This document shows positions 9,418 through 19,562 of a stretch of DNA of 64,000 bases, piece by piece. The position numbers and the translations under genes are program-made. The notes under the pieces are model-generated. The model saw only the letters and a program-made list of their open reading frames with translations, searched no databases and had not been told where the DNA came from. Within the stretch, counting starts at the first letter, position 1. Each line of letters opens with the position of its first letter. Source of the stretch: Candidatus Shapirobacteria bacterium (lineage in GTDB: Bacteria > Patescibacteriota > Microgenomatia > UM-FILTER-40-11); NCBI GenBank assembly GCA_020059745.1, contig JAGVBK010000004.1, forward strand, positions 306,511-370,510. Direction: 5' to 3'.

Positions 9418-10830
9418 ATGGATAAGATAAAAACCCGTTTTGCTCCCAGTCCGACCGGTTACCTTCATATCGGCGGCTTAAGAACCGCTCTTTATTCTTT
9501 TGCTTTTGCAAAAAGCAAAGGCGGGAATTTTCTTTTAAGAATAGAAGACACCGACAGAAGCCGCTTTGTTCCTGGAGCAACAGAAAGAATTTATGAAATA
9601 TTAAAAATATTTAACCTTAACTGGGATGAGGGGCCTTTAGTGGGCGGGCCAAACGGCCCGTATGTTCAGTCGGAAAGAGCAAAAGAAGGTATTTACCAAA
9701 ATTTTGCCCAAAAACTGGTTGATGAAGGCCATGCTTATTATTGTTTTTGCCCTCCTCAGACAAAAGAGGAAATCAAAAAAGAACATGAAGGCAAAAAAAT
9801 AAGCTTAAGAGACGAAGCTTGCCGCAGCTTAAGCAAAGAAGAGATTGAAAAAAAGCTTAAACGAGGTATAAAACCGGCCATTCGGCTTAAGGTTCCTGAA
9901 AAAGAGAAAATCTCTTTCAAGGATTTTGTCTTGAGGAAAGAAGTTACCTGGGAATCGGAAAATATTGACGAGGTAATGCTTCTTAAATCTGACGGTTTTC
10001 CCACCTATCACCTGGCGGTAGTGGTTGATGATTACCTTATGGGAATAACTCACATTATAAGAGGCAGAGACTGGCTTCCCAGTACGCCTGTTCACCTTCT
10101 GCTTTTTAAATACTTAGATTTCAGCTTGCCCGAGATAGGACACTTGACTGATATCTTAGATCCTGGCGGCGGCAAGCTTTCCAAAAGAAAAGGCACAGTT
10201 TCCGTGGAAGAGTTTTTGAAAGAAGGTTACCTGCCGGAAGCGCTTTTAAACTTTATCATGTTATTAGGCTGGGCGCCTAAAGATAATCGGGAGATTTTTT
10301 CCCTTAAGGAGTTTGTGGAAAACTTTGAAAAAGGGGATTTGCAGATCTCAAATCCGGTTTTTAACCGGGTTAAGCTTGACTGGTTTAACGGCCATTACAT
10401 CAGACAAAAGGCTGATGAAGAATTGGTCTCTTTGCTTGAACCTTTTGCGCCAAAAGATGCGGAAAGAAAAACTATGCTTAAGATAACTTCTTTAATTAAA
10501 GACAGACTGGTTAAACTTTCTGATTTTAAAACCTATACCGGCTTTTTCTTTGAAACCCCGGAAGTTGATCCTTGTCTTTTTAAGGATTTGCCATATAATG
10601 AGCACCTAAGCGAGGCGGTAGCTGCTCTTAAAGAAATCGAAAATTGGAATAACGAAGAAATTCAAAAAACATTAGGAAAACTGATTGAAAAAAAAGGTTG
10701 GAAAACAGGGGACTTTTACATGAGTTTCCGCGTTGCTTTAACCGGCAGCAGGTTTACCCCTCCTGTCACCGAGTCTGCGGAGATACTCGGCAAAGAAGAA
10801 ACGCTTAAAAGACTTGAGAATCTTCTTTGA
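9418..10830 (+). CDS. gltX: Glutamyl-tRNA synthetase
   Basis: HIGH motif (PSPTGYLHIGG) and KMSKS-type motif (KLSKR). 470 aa, class I catalytic core. Confidence 0.9.
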   Translation: MDKIKTRFAPSPTGYLHIGGLRTALYSFAFAKSKGGNFLLRIEDTDRSRFVPGATERIYEILKIFNLNWDEGPLVGGPNGPYVQSERAKEGIYQNFAQKLVDEGHAYYCFCPPQTKEEIKKEHEGKKISLRDEACRSLSKEEIEKKLKRGIKPAIRLKVPEKEKISFKDFVLRKEVTWESENIDEVMLLKSDGFPTYHLAVVVDDYLMGITHIIRGRDWLPSTPVHLLLFKYLDFSLPEIGHLTDILDPGGGKLSKRKGTVSVEEFLKEGYLPEALLNFIMLLGWAPKDNREIFSLKEFVENFEKGDLQISNPVFNRVKLDWFNGHYIRQKADEELVSLLEPFAPKDAERKTMLKITSLIKDRLVKLSDFKTYTGFFFETPEVDPCLFKDLPYNEHLSEAVAALKEIENWNNEEIQKTLGKLIEKKGWKTGDFYMSFRVALTGSRFTPPVTESAEILGKEETLKRLENLL

Positions 10831-10927
10831 CATAGATCTTCAGGCTCATTTTTAAACTTATAGTCTTTTGTTATTTTAATTACTGAAAATTTAGCAGTTT
10901 TGCAATAAAGTATGGTAATCACAAAAG

Positions 10928-11563
10928 ATGGAAAAACCTGATTTTGAAACAATTTTTGAAAGCCTGACTCCTGTTAAACTTTTTAAAGGAGATAAAATCG
11001 GCAAAAACACAGAAGGTAATCTTCTTACCTACATTAAGTCAGGTTATGTTCGGCTTTACACTGTTTTGGCAAGCGGAGAAGAAGTGACTCTTCATATTTT
11101 TAAGCCGGGTCTTTTTCTGCCTATTTTGACTGATAAAATTATTCCCGGAAAGTACACCCTTGAAGCCTTAACTTCGGTAGAGGTTTATGAAATTTCTGAA
11201 GACGACCTTGCCAAGCTGGGTATTTCTAATCCTGAAGCGGTGGTACCATTGTTGAGGGTTGGTTTTGAGGGTGTTGAGGAACTTTTTGACCGTATTGAAT
11301 CGCTGGCTTCCGGCGATGCTTATACCAAAGTTGTTTCTTTTTTCTGTCTGCTTTTTAATAATGAAAACGGTTCAAAAAACTTAAAACCAGGTTTTCCTTT
11401 AACTCATCGGGTTGTGGCCAGCCTTACCGGTTTAACCCGGGAAACAGTAACCATTCAAATGCTTAAGCTTAAGAAAAAAGGTCTTATCGTTGGTAAGGGC
11501 AGGAATTTAATGATAAAAGACCTTGAGCTTTTGAGAAAAGAATGCCCTCTCTCTGAAGAATAA
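10928..11563 (+). CDS. Crp/Fnr-family transcriptional regulator (cNMP-binding-like + HTH)
   Basis: N-terminal beta-roll cNMP-binding-like fold. C-terminal HTH (RVVASLTGLTRETVTIQMLKLKKKGLI). Confidence 0.55.
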   Translation: MEKPDFETIFESLTPVKLFKGDKIGKNTEGNLLTYIKSGYVRLYTVLASGEEVTLHIFKPGLFLPILTDKIIPGKYTLEALTSVEVYEISEDDLAKLGISNPEAVVPLLRVGFEGVEELFDRIESLASGDAYTKVVSFFCLLFNNENGSKNLKPGFPLTHRVVASLTGLTRETVTIQMLKLKKKGLIVGKGRNLMIKDLELLRKECPLSEE

Positions 11564-11620
11564 AACTTCGTATCTTTAATTTAAGCCTCATTTTTGGTAA
11601 AATTAGCCATAGATTTCTTT

Positions 11621-11694
11621 TGCCCGGTCGTCTAACGGTAGGACTTCAGATTCTGGATCTGACTATTGGGGTTCGAATCCCTGCCGGGCAGCCA
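11621..11694 (+). tRNA. tRNA-Gln (anticodon CTG), CCA encoded
   Basis: Cloverleaf with a U1-A72 acceptor stem (UGCCCGG/CCGGGCA), an anticodon stem-loop UCAGA-UUCUGGA-UCUGA (anticodon CUG), a GGGGTTCGAATCCC T-arm, discriminator G and an encoded CCA. Confidence 0.8.
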
Positions 11695-11785
11695 GTATAT
11701 GCACCCAAGGTGACTCGGGTGCCTCAAATAGCCCTTCTTATCTTTTCAAATCGCTATTTTCAGAAGCGAGGATTATAACCGTTCT

Positions 11786-12364
11786 TTGCCCTCAAAAATC
11801 CTCCGTTCGAATCTCTACTTTGGTGTGTTTATAGGATATAATTATCCATATATGGTTAAAAAATTCTCTGTAGGGTACGTTGTTATTATTGGAGCCCTTC
11901 TTGTTCTCGGAATTGCTGGTTTTTTCTGGCTTAACAAGCCAAATGAAGAAAATTTTAAGGCTCCGGGAAGAGATTGGAATTCACCTAAAAAGGTTGAGGA
12001 TTACTTTATTGAAAGATTAAGGATGACGCCCCAGGAAGCCTCTGAAATCAGATCAAAGCCAGGAGTTGACGGAACAGTTGATTTAAGAATAAGCACCAAT
12101 GTTACCCTGGAAGGACTTGTCGGAAATCTTTATTATTACGGTTTTGTACGAGATGAAGACACTCTCCGGTACGCTTTAGAAAATACTCAAGATACTACTC
12201 CGAGTGAAAATGCAATAAAAGCTGGCAAAAGCGGAACGATTGATACGAATGCTGAATACAGAATTTCTGAAGATATGACAACCTGGGAGATTGCAGATAT
12301 TTTATTAAATAAGCCATCCGGTCATTTTAGTTATGATGAGTACGGCTATTTCTTTATGCCTTAG
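11786..12364 (+). CDS. Hypothetical membrane-anchored protein, possibly a YceG/MltG-like N-terminal domain
   Basis: TM helix (VVIIGALLVLGIAGFFWL) followed by ~140 aa. Weak resemblance to the MltG N-terminal region. The real start is probably the internal ATG (MVKKFS…). Confidence 0.3.
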   Translation: MPSKILRSNLYFGVFIGYNYPYMVKKFSVGYVVIIGALLVLGIAGFFWLNKPNEENFKAPGRDWNSPKKVEDYFIERLRMTPQEASEIRSKPGVDGTVDLRISTNVTLEGLVGNLYYYGFVRDEDTLRYALENTQDTTPSENAIKAGKSGTIDTNAEYRISEDMTTWEIADILLNKPSGHFSYDEYGYFFMP

Positions 12365-12893
12365 TCTTTTTGGAATTTTCTGGGGGTTCGTTTCCAGAAA
12401 ATCTTTTAACATAGTCGATCCATGTTTTTTTAGATGGAACTATTTCTTTGTGGAGCATGCCAATAGTTTCCATTCCGCACATAAATAGCTGCCCTAAGGC
12501 CTCATCGTAAGAGTGGTTTTTAAAATCTGAATTTAACGGTTCTTTAAAGTTTAACCAATTATGAACTACTGAATTTCTCTCTTTTCGGTATTTGTGTAGT
12601 TGTAATTTCAGGTTTTTACTAATAACTTTTGCCTTGAATAAATAATCTATAACAGATGCAAAAGATCCCTCCTTGGGGTTTTTAAGAATCTTGTTATATT
12701 TTTCTGGCTGTTTTGAAACATTGCAATAAATAAAATAGCCTAAAAAAGTTAGCCCCTCAATTAATGACACTAACTCAAAGTTAGCTCCAGTCTTTGACTC
12801 GAGAAAAAGTTTTCTAAATGTTGTAGGAGTATAGTCTCTATAAGGGACGCCTCCTTTATCATTAATTTTTATCGAAAAGTTATATTGATTCAT
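12354..12893 (-). CDS. HEPN-like protein (Rx4H motif)
   Basis: 179-aa ORF. Contains RNSVVH (R-x4-H), the signature of HEPN RNase domains, near a predicted helical core. Divergent from the R-M/OLD operon. Confidence 0.4.
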   Translation of the reverse strand: MNQYNFSIKINDKGGVPYRDYTPTTFRKLFLESKTGANFELVSLIEGLTFLGYFIYCNVSKQPEKYNKILKNPKEGSFASVIDYLFKAKVISKNLKLQLHKYRKERNSVVHNWLNFKEPLNSDFKNHSYDEALGQLFMCGMETIGMLHKEIVPSKKTWIDYVKRFSGNEPPENSKKTKA

Positions 12894-13169
12894 AATATAA
12901 GGAAATTATATATCAAACGCTTTATTCGAGAGGAGCTCCGCAGACCTCTTTATTATGAATGTAAAGTTGTTTCCCGAACACTTTAGTGATTTCTCTTTTT
13001 TCTTCATCCGTGCCGTTTCTTAGAATGTGTTGGGCAAATATTAATAGCTAGAGACAAGAAGGATTTAAGGGACTGGTATTTAAGTTGAGATTTTTTTCTG
13101 AATTTCAGCGAGATTTTTAACTTCTATGTTCTTCCAATTTTGCCTCAAAAGTGCTAGGATTTAAGTCAT

Positions 13170-14873
13170 ATGGCACAAGATTATAGCAATTGGACCAAAG
13201 AGGATCTAATTGAAGAAATGAAGCGCTTAAGAAAGCGTAAAAAATACGGTTTAGTTTGGGAAGATAAGCCAGAAGATGTAGTTGAGCAATGCAAAAAAGA
13301 ACTTCCAGTTCTAGAAGAAGTTAAAGATAAAGAAATTTCCACAGATTCAGATAAACCAGTCAATTTGTTAATAGAGGGCGACAACTTCCATGCGCTTTCT
13401 GTATTGAACTACACTCACAAAAATAAAATTGATCTCATTTATATAGATCCTCCTTATAATACGGGCGCAAGAGATTGGAAGTACAACAACGACTATGTCG
13501 ACATAAACGATGTTTTTCGACACAGTAAATGGATTTCAATGATGAGCAATAGGCTCAAAATTGCAAAAAATCTACTGAAAAGAGATGGTGTTTTAATCTG
13601 CACAATTGATAAAAATGAAAATGCAACATTACTCCTATTACTTGAGGAACTTTTTCCTGCATATGACGTAACAACAGTTGTTATAGAACATAATCCAAAG
13701 GGTTTACCTAGTAGCAATTTTTCCTATTCACACGAATACGCTCACTTTGTTATTCCCAAAGGGTTGTCAGTTATTGGTAAAAACCCTGCGACGAAAGAAG
13801 ATACAAGAAATTTAAGAAGGGCGGGGCGAGCATCATATAGAACAGAACGTCCTACTATGTTTTATCCAATATATATTAAAGATGGGAAAGTGAAGCGGAT
13901 CGGCCCCATTCCTGAAGCATCATTCCATCCTGGGAAACGATCAATTTTGAAAGATAATGGAGAAATCGAGATTTGGCCGATTGATGATAGAGGAAAAGAA
14001 AGAAGATGGCATTTCGGGTTAGATTCAATTGAAGATCATATTGAGAGAATAGGAGTAAAAGAGAAAAACGGCGACTATCAACTCTATGTAACCGCTGTTC
14101 CTGCTAGATATAAGACTGTTTGGACTGGTGGAGATTTGGATGCTGGTAAATATGGCACATCACTTGTGAAAGAGATTATTGGGAAAGAATTTCCTTTCCC
14201 AAAGTCACTATATGCAACCGCAAAATGTTTAGAAACTGTTGTATACAAAAAAGAAAATGCAACAATTTTAGATTTTTTTGCAGGATCAGGAACTACTGGC
14301 CATGCAGTCATGATGATGAATCAACAGTATGGAGGGAGCAGAAATTTTATTTTATGCACAAATAATGAACTTAACGGCCAAGAAAAGGAATTAAGGGAAA
14401 AAGGATTGACTGAGCAAGAAATTCAGGAGTATGGAATTTGTCGTGCAGTTACGTACCCCAGAATAAGGAAAGTTATTGAGGGTTATAACAATACTAAGGG
14501 AATAAAAGCTAATCTTAAATATTTTATAACCTCTTTTGTTCCAGCAGATCCAACAGATAAAAATAAGATCGAATTAACCAAAAAAGCAACAGAGATGTTA
14601 TGTATTAAAGAAGATACCTTTGAGGAAGCTGAATTCAAAGAAAAGTTTAAGATATTTAGAAATAAAAACCACTATACGGGAATTATTTTCGATCATCAGG
14701 CTATAGACGACTTCAAAAGGGCCATTAAAGATATTGATGGCAGGTTTAGTGTATATGTATTCTCATTGGGTGATGATACTTTTGATGACGAGTTCGCAGA
14801 CATTAAAAATAAAGTTAAGTTATCGCCTATTCCTGAAGCAATATTGAGGGTTTATAGAAGAATATTTAAGTAA
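13170..14873 (+). CDS. mod: Type III restriction-modification system methyltransferase (Mod); beta-class N6-adenine/N4-cytosine MTase
   Basis: Motif IV DPPY (IYIDPPYNTG) precedes motif I (FFAGSGTTGHAV), i.e. the beta-class order typical of Type III Mod. 567 aa with a central variable (TRD) region. Followed by a Res gene. Confidence 0.85.
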   Translation: MAQDYSNWTKEDLIEEMKRLRKRKKYGLVWEDKPEDVVEQCKKELPVLEEVKDKEISTDSDKPVNLLIEGDNFHALSVLNYTHKNKIDLIYIDPPYNTGARDWKYNNDYVDINDVFRHSKWISMMSNRLKIAKNLLKRDGVLICTIDKNENATLLLLLEELFPAYDVTTVVIEHNPKGLPSSNFSYSHEYAHFVIPKGLSVIGKNPATKEDTRNLRRAGRASYRTERPTMFYPIYIKDGKVKRIGPIPEASFHPGKRSILKDNGEIEIWPIDDRGKERRWHFGLDSIEDHIERIGVKEKNGDYQLYVTAVPARYKTVWTGGDLDAGKYGTSLVKEIIGKEFPFPKSLYATAKCLETVVYKKENATILDFFAGSGTTGHAVMMMNQQYGGSRNFILCTNNELNGQEKELREKGLTEQEIQEYGICRAVTYPRIRKVIEGYNNTKGIKANLKYFITSFVPADPTDKNKIELTKKATEMLCIKEDTFEEAEFKEKFKIFRNKNHYTGIIFDHQAIDDFKRAIKDIDGRFSVYVFSLGDDTFDDEFADIKNKVKLSPIPEAILRVYRRIFK

Positions 14874-14879
14874 ATTTTT

Positions 14880-15521
14880 ATGAAAAAGAAAAAACAAACG
14901 ATAAGCAAGGAATTGAGGATGCCTCATATATATCGAGAGGATTTGGAAAAGATAGAAAATCTTATTTTAAATGAACTAAAGCCGAGAGAGTATAAAATTG
15001 AAACCAATGAATATGAGTATGAAAAGGTAGAACAATTGCAAAAAGACTTGGGAACAGCGGTAGACTTGCATGTCCAAACTTATACTCCCTACTTGAGTAT
15101 AGATTTTAATAAAAATAGTGCCAGAGTATATTCTGGCGATGACGATTTAAAAACCATGGGAGCATTTGATCAAATATTCTCAATTCTGTCTAAGAAAGAG
15201 AGAAGGGTTTTGTATTATCTATCGAAAGTTTCCGTATGGGTTGCTCCAATATTATTTTTTGCTCCTATCCGTGCGCTTGCGGAAATTGACAAAGTCGATA
15301 ACCCGAAACTTTGGGTAGTACTCGGTGTTGTACTAGTAAGCGCACTCTGGTGGGTTATCGGTTTTTACTCATCTCTTTATAAATTCTCAATAATCGATTT
15401 CACTTATTTAAAAGAGAAGCCAAACTTTATTGTACGCAATAAGGATCAAATTATTCTCGTGGTTATTGGAGCAATAATAGGGGCTATTGCAACAATTGTT
15501 TTTAATAAGATACTTTTTTAA
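14880..15521 (+). CDS. Hypothetical membrane protein inserted between mod and res
   Basis: 213-aa ORF. Hydrophilic N-terminal ~110 aa, then 2-3 predicted TM helices (VWVAPILFFAPI…, LWVVLGVVLVSALWWVIGF…, IILVVIGAIIGAIATIVF). Lies 6 bp after mod and 3 bp before res. Confidence 0.5.
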   Translation: MKKKKQTISKELRMPHIYREDLEKIENLILNELKPREYKIETNEYEYEKVEQLQKDLGTAVDLHVQTYTPYLSIDFNKNSARVYSGDDDLKTMGAFDQIFSILSKKERRVLYYLSKVSVWVAPILFFAPIRALAEIDKVDNPKLWVVLGVVLVSALWWVIGFYSSLYKFSIIDFTYLKEKPNFIVRNKDQIILVVIGAIIGAIATIVFNKILF

Positions 15522-15524
15522 GCT

Positions 15525-17750
15525 ATGCAATTAAAAGACTACCAACACACAGCTATTAAAAAACTATTAGCCAGAAGCAAAGAGCTTTTGGCCCAAAGTG
15601 GCGAGAAAAAAATCATTTTCAAAGCCCCTACAGGATCAGGCAAGACAATCATGATGGCCGAGTTTTTGAAACAGATGGTTGATGACTCTGAGATAAAAAC
15701 TCCGCTGTCTTTTATCTGGACGGCTCCCCGAAAACTACATACTCAAAGCAAGGAAAAGTTGGTTAGGTATTTTGACACTACCAGGGCTATCGAGTGTTCA
15801 GATTTTGAGGAATTAACTGATAAGCAGATCGGTGAGAATGAGATTTTATTTTTGAATTGGGAGAGTATCAACAAAAAAGACAAAAATACCATTGTCAAAG
15901 AGAATGAGAAAGAGTTTTATTTAGGCAAAATTATCGAAAACACCAAAGACGAGGACCGAGAGGTTGTGTTGGTTATTGATGAAAGTCACCATCACGCCAC
16001 TAGTGAAATATCCCACAGCCTTATAACGGATATTGGGCCGAGATTAACCATAGAAGTGTCAGCAACACCAGTTATTCAAGATCCCGATGAGATTGTATCC
16101 GTGCCACTTGAGGATGTCAAGATGGAGGGAATGATAAAGAAATCTGTCTTACTAAACCCGAATTTCAAAAATGTTCTTTCTGGCGACAATGTTACCTCTG
16201 CTCTAGCCGACGGGACCGACATGATGGTGCTTGAGGAAGCATTGAAGAAACGTACAGAATTGGTAAAAGCATATCAAGATGCGGGGATTAACGTTAACCC
16301 ATTACTGCTCATTCAACTTCCAGATAGAAAAACACAGCAAGAGGATTTAATAAAAGACGAGATCATCCGACACCTAAAAGACAAACACGGAATGACGACT
16401 GAAAACGGACGTCTGGCAATATACCTATCTGAGGAAAAAGAAAATCTTGAGAACATATCGAAAAATGATCAGGAAACCGAAGTGCTTATTTTCAAACAAG
16501 CGATTGCTCTGGGTTGGGATTGCCCTCGTGCGCAGATATTAGTGCTATTTAGGGATTGGAAGAGTTTAACATTCTCAGTGCAAACTGTTGGCCGAATTAT
16601 GCGCATGCCCGAGCCAGACATGGGTCACTATGAAAACGAAATTCTCAATTTTGGATATGTCTACACTAATTTAACCAATATCGAAATTAAAGAAGATATG
16701 GCTAGAAGCTATGTCACCATCTACACCAGCAAGAGGATTGATAGCTACAAACCATTGGAACTTACCTCTGTGTATCGTTTGCGACATCGCGAGAAAACAC
16801 GCTTAAGTCCGTTGTTTATTCGTCTATTCCTAGAGGAAGCCAAAGAGTACAAGCTAGAAGAAAAAATTGAAACCAAAGGGCAAAAACTAGAGTTGACGTT
16901 TATATCTGATTATCAGGCTGGTGGTGTGGATCAATTAATTAATGCAGAAATCCGGGGAGAAGCCAAGATTGATACGGAAAACGAAACTGATCTGCAAAAG
17001 CTGTACGATTTCTTCGTTAGAAACAACCTCACCCCTTTTTATCCAGAGGATCGTTCTATTGGTAGGGTTAAAGAGGCCATCTACTACTTTTTCAAAGAAC
17101 AGTTAAAGATGGATTACGGCAAGTATTTTGCCGAGATCATTAATATTGTTCTTAGCGAGAAAAACAGGCAACATTTCGTCAATGTCATTGATAAAACTAA
17201 AGAGCGGTATATTGCCGAAACCCAAAAGCGAGAGGCTAAACTACAACAATTATCGGATTGGGAGGTGCCACAACAGCTCAACTACGGCGGGGATTATGTT
17301 GCTCTTAAAGTCGGCCGATCGGTAATGACTCCTTTTTATTATGACAACCGCTGGAAAACAGAGGAAGCATTTATCAAGTTTTTAGAACAATCAAACCAGA
17401 TTGAATGGTGGTTTAAGAATGGAGATAGAGATTCAACATTCTTTGCCGTGCCGTATATGGAAAATGGCAATCAAAATCCTTTTTATGTTGACTTTATTGT
17501 TAAGTTTAAGAACGGCACGATAGGGTTATATGACACCAAAGGTGGCAGAACAATTAAGGATGCTAAAGAGAAAAGTGATGGGTTACAAGATTACATTGGG
17601 GCACAAAATAAAAAGGGTAAAAAAATGGTTGGCGGGATTGTGGCGAATACTAACTCAAGGGACTACTCGGGTAGATGGGTTTGTTACAAGGGCCAGAGCA
17701 GCGATCTTGTGCTAGATAATTTCTCTAACTGGGAAACGTTGGAATTATAA
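15525..17750 (+). CDS. res: Type III restriction enzyme Res subunit (SF2 helicase-like ATPase + C-terminal endonuclease)
   Basis: Walker A (KAPTGSGKT) and a DEAH-like box (LVIDESHHH). C-terminal nuclease-like motif (…VKFKNGTIGLYDTKGG…). 741 aa. Confidence 0.85.
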   Translation: MQLKDYQHTAIKKLLARSKELLAQSGEKKIIFKAPTGSGKTIMMAEFLKQMVDDSEIKTPLSFIWTAPRKLHTQSKEKLVRYFDTTRAIECSDFEELTDKQIGENEILFLNWESINKKDKNTIVKENEKEFYLGKIIENTKDEDREVVLVIDESHHHATSEISHSLITDIGPRLTIEVSATPVIQDPDEIVSVPLEDVKMEGMIKKSVLLNPNFKNVLSGDNVTSALADGTDMMVLEEALKKRTELVKAYQDAGINVNPLLLIQLPDRKTQQEDLIKDEIIRHLKDKHGMTTENGRLAIYLSEEKENLENISKNDQETEVLIFKQAIALGWDCPRAQILVLFRDWKSLTFSVQTVGRIMRMPEPDMGHYENEILNFGYVYTNLTNIEIKEDMARSYVTIYTSKRIDSYKPLELTSVYRLRHREKTRLSPLFIRLFLEEAKEYKLEEKIETKGQKLELTFISDYQAGGVDQLINAEIRGEAKIDTENETDLQKLYDFFVRNNLTPFYPEDRSIGRVKEAIYYFFKEQLKMDYGKYFAEIINIVLSEKNRQHFVNVIDKTKERYIAETQKREAKLQQLSDWEVPQQLNYGGDYVALKVGRSVMTPFYYDNRWKTEEAFIKFLEQSNQIEWWFKNGDRDSTFFAVPYMENGNQNPFYVDFIVKFKNGTIGLYDTKGGRTIKDAKEKSDGLQDYIGAQNKKGKKMVGGIVANTNSRDYSGRWVCYKGQSSDLVLDNFSNWETLEL

Positions 17751-17756
17751 GAATCT

Positions 17757-19559
17757 ATGAAAATCAATAAACTAATTCTGGACAATTTTAGAAATTTCCA
17801 GGATAAGATTGCTGTTGATTTTAATAGCCTTACAGTTGTTATTGGGAAAAACGATTTAGGTAAATCTACTATTCTCGAGGCATTGGATATATTTATCAAT
17901 GAAGGCTCCTCTTTAGTCAAGCTTGATAAAGATGACGCGTGTAAAAGATCTCAATCAGATGAATTTTCGATAGGCGTTGTTTTTTCAGAGTATCCTGAAA
18001 GAGTTGATATTGACGAAGGCAACCAAACTTCTTTGGAAGATGAGTATCTATTAAACCGAGACAGTTTATTGGAAATTCATAAGCATTATAAAAATGGAAA
18101 ATGTACTGGTGTTTATATTCACGCATTGCACCCTACTACTGAAGAAGCAAAAGATCTATTACTAAAAAAGCAGCAAGAGTTAAAGAAAATCGTTGAAGAT
18201 AATGGCTACGCTTGTGACAACAAAACAAAAAATGCCTCTTTACGTAAAGTCATACGAGAAGGTGTTGGAGATTTAAAGTTAGAAGAAATTGATATACCTG
18301 TTAACGAAGAAGATGCTAAAAGGATATGGGGAAAACTACAAACTTATTTGCCAGTATATGCATTGTTCCAGTCCGATAGAGCAAATAAAGATGAGGATCG
18401 AGAAGTCCAAGATCCGATGAAATTAGCGATAAAAGAAATATTACAAAAGGAAGATTTGCAGGAAAAACTAAGAGGTATAGCTAATGAAGTTGAAGAGATT
18501 TCTAAAGAGATTGCACACAAGACGCTTGAAAAATTGGCCGAAATGAACCCTGATATTGCTAGAGAGCTTAAACCAGTTATTCCTCCATGCTCTGACTTAA
18601 AATGGGATTCTGTTTTTAAGAATATTGAGATATCAAGCGATGATGGTGTGCCGCTAAATAAACGTGGAAGCGGTGTTAGAAGGTTAGTTTTGTTAAACTT
18701 TTTTAGAGCAAGAGCGGAAGAACAAAGGAATCTAGACTCAAAATCAAATGTAGTGTATGCAATCGAGGAGCCAGAAACATCACAACACCCCAACCATCAA
18801 AAGATACTTATCAAAGCACTGAAAGATTTGGCCGATCAAGAAGGAAGACAAATTTTTATAACGACACATAGTCCTTCGTTAGTTCAATTGTTACCAAAAG
18901 ATTGTGTGCGCTTGTTATGCAAGAAAGACGGAAATCTTGAAATTATTAGTGGAGACTTGGCAATTTCAGACATAATAGACGATTTGGGTGTTCTTCCAAT
19001 AATCGGTAAGGTTGCAGTCTTTGTTGAAGGAGAAACTGACAGAGAGTTTCTGCTAAATATCGGTGCAATAAACGAGTTAAAACAAATTATTGATATTAGT
19101 AAGATCTCAATAATACCGCTTGGTGGAAGCACGCTTGAAAGATGGATAAATAGAAACTATTTAGACGGATCAAATATTGTTGAATTTCATCTATATGACA
19201 AAGACAGTGATGAAAAGTACAAAGAAGCAGTAAGCAAGATCAACGAAAGAGCCGACAACTCAAAAGGGCAGTTAACGAAATCGCTAGAAATTGAAAATTA
19301 TATTCATCCCTCGCTCGTTGAAGGATGTGATAGGCTTTCTAGTATTTCATGCACTTCGATAAAAAGCCAGTGGAAGAATAAAGACATACCTCAATTTGTC
19401 TCGCAAAAAACTGGGATTGACGAATTGGTAGTAAAAGAAATTCTTTGTTGCTCTCTATCAAAGAAGATGAATAAGCAATTGATGGAGGAGATTAACATTT
19501 GGGATGAGGTTGAAGGTTGGTTTGAAAGTGTTAAGAGTATGACTGAGCAAACAAGATAA
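17757..19559 (+). CDS. OLD-family ATP-dependent endonuclease (ABC-type ATPase + Toprim)
   Basis: Walker A GKNDLGKST. OLD-type Walker B/D-loop (VVYAIEEPETSQHP). C-terminal Toprim (VFVEGETDREFL … YDKDSDEKY, giving E…DxD). 600 aa. Confidence 0.85.
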   Translation: MKINKLILDNFRNFQDKIAVDFNSLTVVIGKNDLGKSTILEALDIFINEGSSLVKLDKDDACKRSQSDEFSIGVVFSEYPERVDIDEGNQTSLEDEYLLNRDSLLEIHKHYKNGKCTGVYIHALHPTTEEAKDLLLKKQQELKKIVEDNGYACDNKTKNASLRKVIREGVGDLKLEEIDIPVNEEDAKRIWGKLQTYLPVYALFQSDRANKDEDREVQDPMKLAIKEILQKEDLQEKLRGIANEVEEISKEIAHKTLEKLAEMNPDIARELKPVIPPCSDLKWDSVFKNIEISSDDGVPLNKRGSGVRRLVLLNFFRARAEEQRNLDSKSNVVYAIEEPETSQHPNHQKILIKALKDLADQEGRQIFITTHSPSLVQLLPKDCVRLLCKKDGNLEIISGDLAISDIIDDLGVLPIIGKVAVFVEGETDREFLLNIGAINELKQIIDISKISIIPLGGSTLERWINRNYLDGSNIVEFHLYDKDSDEKYKEAVSKINERADNSKGQLTKSLEIENYIHPSLVEGCDRLSSISCTSIKSQWKNKDIPQFVSQKTGIDELVVKEILCCSLSKKMNKQLMEEINIWDEVEGWFESVKSMTEQTR

Positions 19560-19562
19560 CTT

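Noticed and set aside
13170-14873. Phase-variable simple-sequence repeat within the Type III mod gene
   Set aside because: Scanned for long homopolymer or short tandem repeats of the kind that drive mod phase variation. Only short runs (≤7 nt) are present.
17128-17715. Small + strand ORFs (17128-17325, 17530-17715) inside the Type III res gene
   Set aside because: Alternative frames of res, with no independent start context or motif.
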